DNA of 64,000 nt, taken from contig CAVWIG010000017.1 of the NCBI GenBank assembly GCA_963754945.1, forward strand, positions 212,623 to 276,622. The letters are read 5' to 3'. Every line of letters begins with the position of its first letter. Positions within the stretch are counted from its first letter, which is position 1. Below are positions 60,313 to 64,000 of the stretch, piece after piece. Both the position numbers and the translations under genes were made by a program. Source of the stretch: Methanotrichaceae archaeon (lineage in GTDB: Archaea; Halobacteriota; Methanosarcinia; Methanotrichales; Methanotrichaceae). The notes under the pieces are model-generated. The model had not been told where the DNA came from. It made no database searches and saw only the letters and a program-made list of their open reading frames with translations.

Positions 60313-61842
60313 ATGGAGAGATTTGTGCCTGACATCATCAATTCCGATACAGTCATAGTTGGAGGAGGCATCACTGGTCTATACACCTGTTACAAACTAA
60401 ACCAGTTAAAAGGCGTTAACTATACCATCTCCCTTTTTGAAAGTTCAAGTCGCTTTGGAGGTCGAATTGAGACCGTGGAAATGGGTGGATTTTTAGCAGA
60501 ATATGGCCCAATGCGTTTTGAGAAGATGGCGCAGCCCCTTCTCATGAACCTCATTGCTGAACTCGGTTTGGAGACAAATCACTTCGCTCCCTACACAGCA
60601 GCAAACGACTCTGAGTCTCTTTTCGATTTGATTTCCGATGAATCAGGAGGCAAGCGCCAAGGGCATAAGCTGACTACCCTTGAGCTTTTGACACTGGGTA
60701 TTCTGCGCCTCTTGAATGCAAGTGGCGGGGATATGAACGACCCCAACGACCCTCGGCATCGGGAATGGTGGGCTACTCTTGACGAGCAGTACTACCGCTA
60801 TGTGCGTAACGAGGCTGATTATAATGGCACGCCTCTCCATCAGATGGGTTTCTGGAATGCACTCAGTCTTGTTCTTAGCCACCGTGCAGTGAGTAAGATC
60901 ATTCATTATGGGACGTTTTATCATGTCGTCCACTTTAACCCCAATGCGGCAGAGTGGATTATCTTCTGGCTGCGTGGATTACACCCCAATGATGAGCTGG
61001 TCGGCGTAAAACAGGGTGTAGAGTCCATTATTCGCGAGATGGTTCGTAGATTGGACTCATTGGACTCTACATCGGAACCTTCTGTCTCGCTACATCTCAA
61101 CCACAGGTTAACAGCCCTTTCTCCTCAGCCGGATGGGCGGGTTTTACTGGAATTCAAGACCAACCGTACTGACCATACTACAGTTAAGGCACTGGCAAGG
61201 GATGTTGTGCTCGCATTACCTCGCTGTCCTCTGATGCAGCTTCGCCCTCTGTTACCCGGACACATTGGAGAGCTTGTAGATTCTGTAATCCCTATTCCAT
61301 TGGTAAAGTGCTTTTTTGTCAATGAGAATCCCTGGTGGGATGAGTTCACACCGTTGCAGACACGAGCCTCATCTACTCCGGCAAGGGAAATTCATTATGC
61401 TGTTAAGCAGAAAGATGCTATCAAGCAGGAAGGAAGCAGCAAACGTGGAATCGTTATGGTTTATGGTGATCCACCCAGCATGAACTACTGGACGCCATTT
61501 GTACGCCAGCAAGAGCATTTAAAAGCAGAGCTGAATCACGATCAACGCCTCGTTAGAGGCTACCTTCAGTATTTACGATCGAATCTTGATAGCACAGACA
61601 TTAAAGAAATAGACGCAGAGGCTGAATCAATAAGTTGTTTCGGCATCAGGGATTGGAGCCGAGAGCCCTTTGAGGCTGGTTGTCACATCTGGAAAGCTGG
61701 CGTCCGTGTTGAAGAGGCAATCAAAGAGTTAACTGCATTCTCATTACATGGTGCGCCTCTATCAAATAAGAATGTCCATATCTGCGGTGAGGCTTATTCG
61801 GACTTCCAGGGATTTATCGAAGGGGGTTTGCGTAGGTCGTGA
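60313..61842 (+). CDS. Flavin-dependent amine/amino-acid oxidase family protein, C-terminus cut by IS1
   Basis: IVGGGITGL, RFGGRIET and ICGEAYSDFQGFIEGGL motifs; ends abruptly at the IS end at 61835. Confidence 0.85.
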   Translation: MERFVPDIINSDTVIVGGGITGLYTCYKLNQLKGVNYTISLFESSSRFGGRIETVEMGGFLAEYGPMRFEKMAQPLLMNLIAELGLETNHFAPYTAANDSESLFDLISDESGGKRQGHKLTTLELLTLGILRLLNASGGDMNDPNDPRHREWWATLDEQYYRYVRNEADYNGTPLHQMGFWNALSLVLSHRAVSKIIHYGTFYHVVHFNPNAAEWIIFWLRGLHPNDELVGVKQGVESIIREMVRRLDSLDSTSEPSVSLHLNHRLTALSPQPDGRVLLEFKTNRTDHTTVKALARDVVLALPRCPLMQLRPLLPGHIGELVDSVIPIPLVKCFFVNENPWWDEFTPLQTRASSTPAREIHYAVKQKDAIKQEGSSKRGIVMVYGDPPSMNYWTPFVRQQEHLKAELNHDQRLVRGYLQYLRSNLDSTDIKEIDAEAESISCFGIRDWSREPFEAGCHIWKAGVRVEEAIKELTAFSLHGAPLSNKNVHICGEAYSDFQGFIEGGLRRS

Positions 61843-62391
61843 ATTGTTAATAGGTTTTAATTTTGATATAGGAGAAGGTCAATAGTTCATGCAAGCTCCA
61901 GATGTGATCAATTAAGCCGGCTTGCTTCGCAGGACAATTGAGCCTTGTTATCCCTCGCTCGTCCCTGTATTTCAGAGAGCGATGCTTTCTGCAGTAATTG
62001 AAGTTTGCGAAATAGAGGGTCATTTGATGATCTAATTCCATATTTTTCTTAGAAAAGCCTATTGTTTTCCTGGATATGCGGTTATTATCTTGTCTGCATG
62101 TTAGATTATGTCGTTCTATATAGCTAGTAGATATCATCTTGAGTTTTATATTCGCCCCAAATATGATCCTTTTAACAACTTTTTTAAGTCTGCCTTCTGC
62201 CCGAATCTTAATAACCTGCGCGTAGTTTAACAGTTCGTCTACTATTAATTTAGGACTTCGAGGTCGTCCTCGTTTGCCAGTTGGTGCAAACAGTTGTAAC
62301 TTTCCATATTGCTTTCGGAGAGCTATTGTATATAATTTTAATCCATCAGTTACAAATAATGGTATTGATCTCAGCATTTTCGCGGTATTTG

Positions 62392-63380
62392 TGCTGTGTC
62401 GCATGATTATTATAGTATTATTTCGTTATTCAAGAATTCATAATTTATTTTAACTAATTACTTATATGCTCCTAAGTATATCATACAAAATGAATGCTCT
62501 TTTAATCTCGGCGACCATTCCTTCTGGTGAAGATGCCCGAACCGTCTCACCAAAGATACGCTTGATCGATGAGAAAAAGCCTTCAACTGCCCACCTTCTA
62601 CCGTACTGATGCATTTGCTTCCAACCCTTGTAGCCCATTTTTTTGAATTCCAGAACAGCTGTTGACCTGGCTGATGCATCTTTGCCTACTATCGCGTTCT
62701 CTCTGATCTTAATCCCTGGACAATCTACACCTTTCGATTTCATAAATTCAAATGCGTCGTTTGTGTCATATGCGCCATCCATCAACCCCTCCTCAATATT
62801 GACGTCTTTCAACAAAGGGCGCAAAACCTCGCTATCCGAGGTGTCTTCTTCTGTAACTTCCATAGACAATAATCTCTTTGATTCAACGTCGACTGCCACA
62901 TGAACTTTAAGCCATCCTCGCCGCTGCTTTCCGTGTTTCTCGCGCATCCAATCCCCTCTATTTGTTACCTTTATTCCAGTTGAATCAACTGCAACAACAG
63001 CGTCGTTCTCTGGTATCTCTATTCCAAGATCTTGCTTAGAGATTCGCTTATGGAGGGTGGTATAATCTGCCGCCACCAATCCTGGTTCATAGGTCGAAAG
63101 TCGTCCAAAGAATCCTTCAAGTTGACGATATGGCATTCGAAAAAAAGAGTATATCATTGATGCAAAAGTTATAAAAGTGTTAGGGTATTTGTATGGAGCG
63201 CCTGTTTTCTTTCTATTCATTTCTCTTAATTCCCAACTCCAGTTCTTCACACAACTCAAATCGAGATAGAATTCGCCTCTTCGAACAAGTTGGGCATTAT
63301 ATTCTGGCCAGTCTCTATTATCAACATAGTTCATGACACAATATTTATATTTAAACTATTTAAGCTTAATCGACACAGCA
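62392..63380 (-). mobile_element. IS5-family element, 989 bp, copy 2
   Basis: Same TIRs as copy 1; 8-bp TSD GGTATTTG at 62384-62391 and 63381-63388. Confidence 0.95.
62462..63334 (-). CDS. IS5-family DDE transposase
   Basis: 290 aa; differs from the 7560-8432 protein at only 3 residues. Confidence 0.95.
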   Translation of the reverse strand: MNYVDNRDWPEYNAQLVRRGEFYLDLSCVKNWSWELREMNRKKTGAPYKYPNTFITFASMIYSFFRMPYRQLEGFFGRLSTYEPGLVAADYTTLHKRISKQDLGIEIPENDAVVAVDSTGIKVTNRGDWMREKHGKQRRGWLKVHVAVDVESKRLLSMEVTEEDTSDSEVLRPLLKDVNIEEGLMDGAYDTNDAFEFMKSKGVDCPGIKIRENAIVGKDASARSTAVLEFKKMGYKGWKQMHQYGRRWAVEGFFSSIKRIFGETVRASSPEGMVAEIKRAFILYDILRSI

Positions 63381-63466
63381 GGTATTTGCAACGAGCTTAT
63401 CTGCGATTTTCTGAGACCGCTCACCAACTACATGGGAAAGCACCAGACGACATTCAGTAGCCATGC

Positions 63467-63937
63467 TTATCCAGATCCAATTCCCAGAGTCTTCGAATTC
63501 ATCTTTTCTGGGCAACGTTTTTTTTCCACAAAAGTCCAGAGTTCGTCCATCTCTACTTTTGGTGTCTCGATGTCTTTCAAAATAACCTCATTTACCCGTT
63601 CACAATGCTCTCCAGCTCTTGAGATCCAGGTGCTTACAGTAGACGGCTGTACCTCAAGAGTTTCTGCGATACCTAAAATGCTCATTCCGCGCATAGACAT
63701 TTTTAAAGCCAGCTTGACTTTATCTTCATCTGTCCGTAGGTCATATAATGGCGTGTTAGTTCTATCGCAGAACTTAGTTGTGCATGAATGGCAGACGAAT
63801 TTTCTACCCTTGCCGGAACTTCTCTCATAGGTTCCGTAAACAGTAACGTTTCCTTTTCCAGCAATTCCAAATAGTGCACACTTTTCATTTGGACATGCTA
63901 CATCCAAAAATCGAGGTTTTGGACCTCTTAATCCCAT
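63467..63937 (-). CDS. IS1 transposase N-terminal frame, -1 frameshift at the A8C run
   Basis: CPNEKC..CHSC, HTH and EMDELWTFV motifs, then GAAAAAAAAC (T-run 63518-63525 on +); the -1 frame reads TLPRKDEFEDSGNWIWISM. Confidence 0.85.
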   Translation of the reverse strand: MGLRGPKPRFLDVACPNEKCALFGIAGKGNVTVYGTYERSSGKGRKFVCHSCTTKFCDRTNTPLYDLRTDEDKVKLALKMSMRGMSILGIAETLEVQPSTVSTWISRAGEHCERVNEVILKDIETPKVEMDELWTFVEKKRCPEKMNSKTLGIGSG

Positions 63938-64000
63938 TTGCTACACCCCATATAGCATAGTAGACAGGGGCTATTTATAACAGCCTATAATTGATTCACG

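Larger units (their letters stand above)
61835..64000 (-). mobile_element. IS1-family element (runs to the window end), interrupted by IS5 copy 2
   Basis: End GGTCGTGAATTG at 61835 matches the window-terminal TTGATTCACG. InsA-like Zn-finger/HTH ORF 63937-63467; InsB-like DDE frame continues across the nested IS5 to 61847. Confidence 0.88.

Overview
Archaeal chromosomal DNA. Gene content, leaderless or GGTGA-type starts and the IS repertoire suggest a Methanothrix/Methanosarcinales methanogen (inferred). Core genes include a NuoEFG/HydABC-like module, Rqc2, a UbiD-family decarboxylase, cysS, leuA, pyrBI, rps3ae, mptA and kptA. There is also an intron-containing tRNA-Arg, a CheB-CheR plus hybrid kinase pair, decayed toxin-antitoxin loci and six IS elements (three IS5-family, IS110, IS1634, IS1), most of them interrupting genes. 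Main discovery: two unrelated genes, leuA and a wHTH regulator directly behind cysS, lack an in-frame start codon. Both begin with the same out-of-frame cassette, ATG-AGG-GAT-CNN-[slippery codon]-[codon of the pathway amino acid, Leu or Cys]. This points to an amino-acid-sensing, prfB-like +1 programmed frameshift. Other notable items: a tRNA-Cys with a non-canonical C73 directly abutting the cysS start codon, a cluster of large structured non-coding RNA candidates at 32.5-33.5 kb, a bacterial-type tgt plus yhhQ queuosine-salvage pair in an archaeon, and a readable IS110 bridge-RNA candidate.
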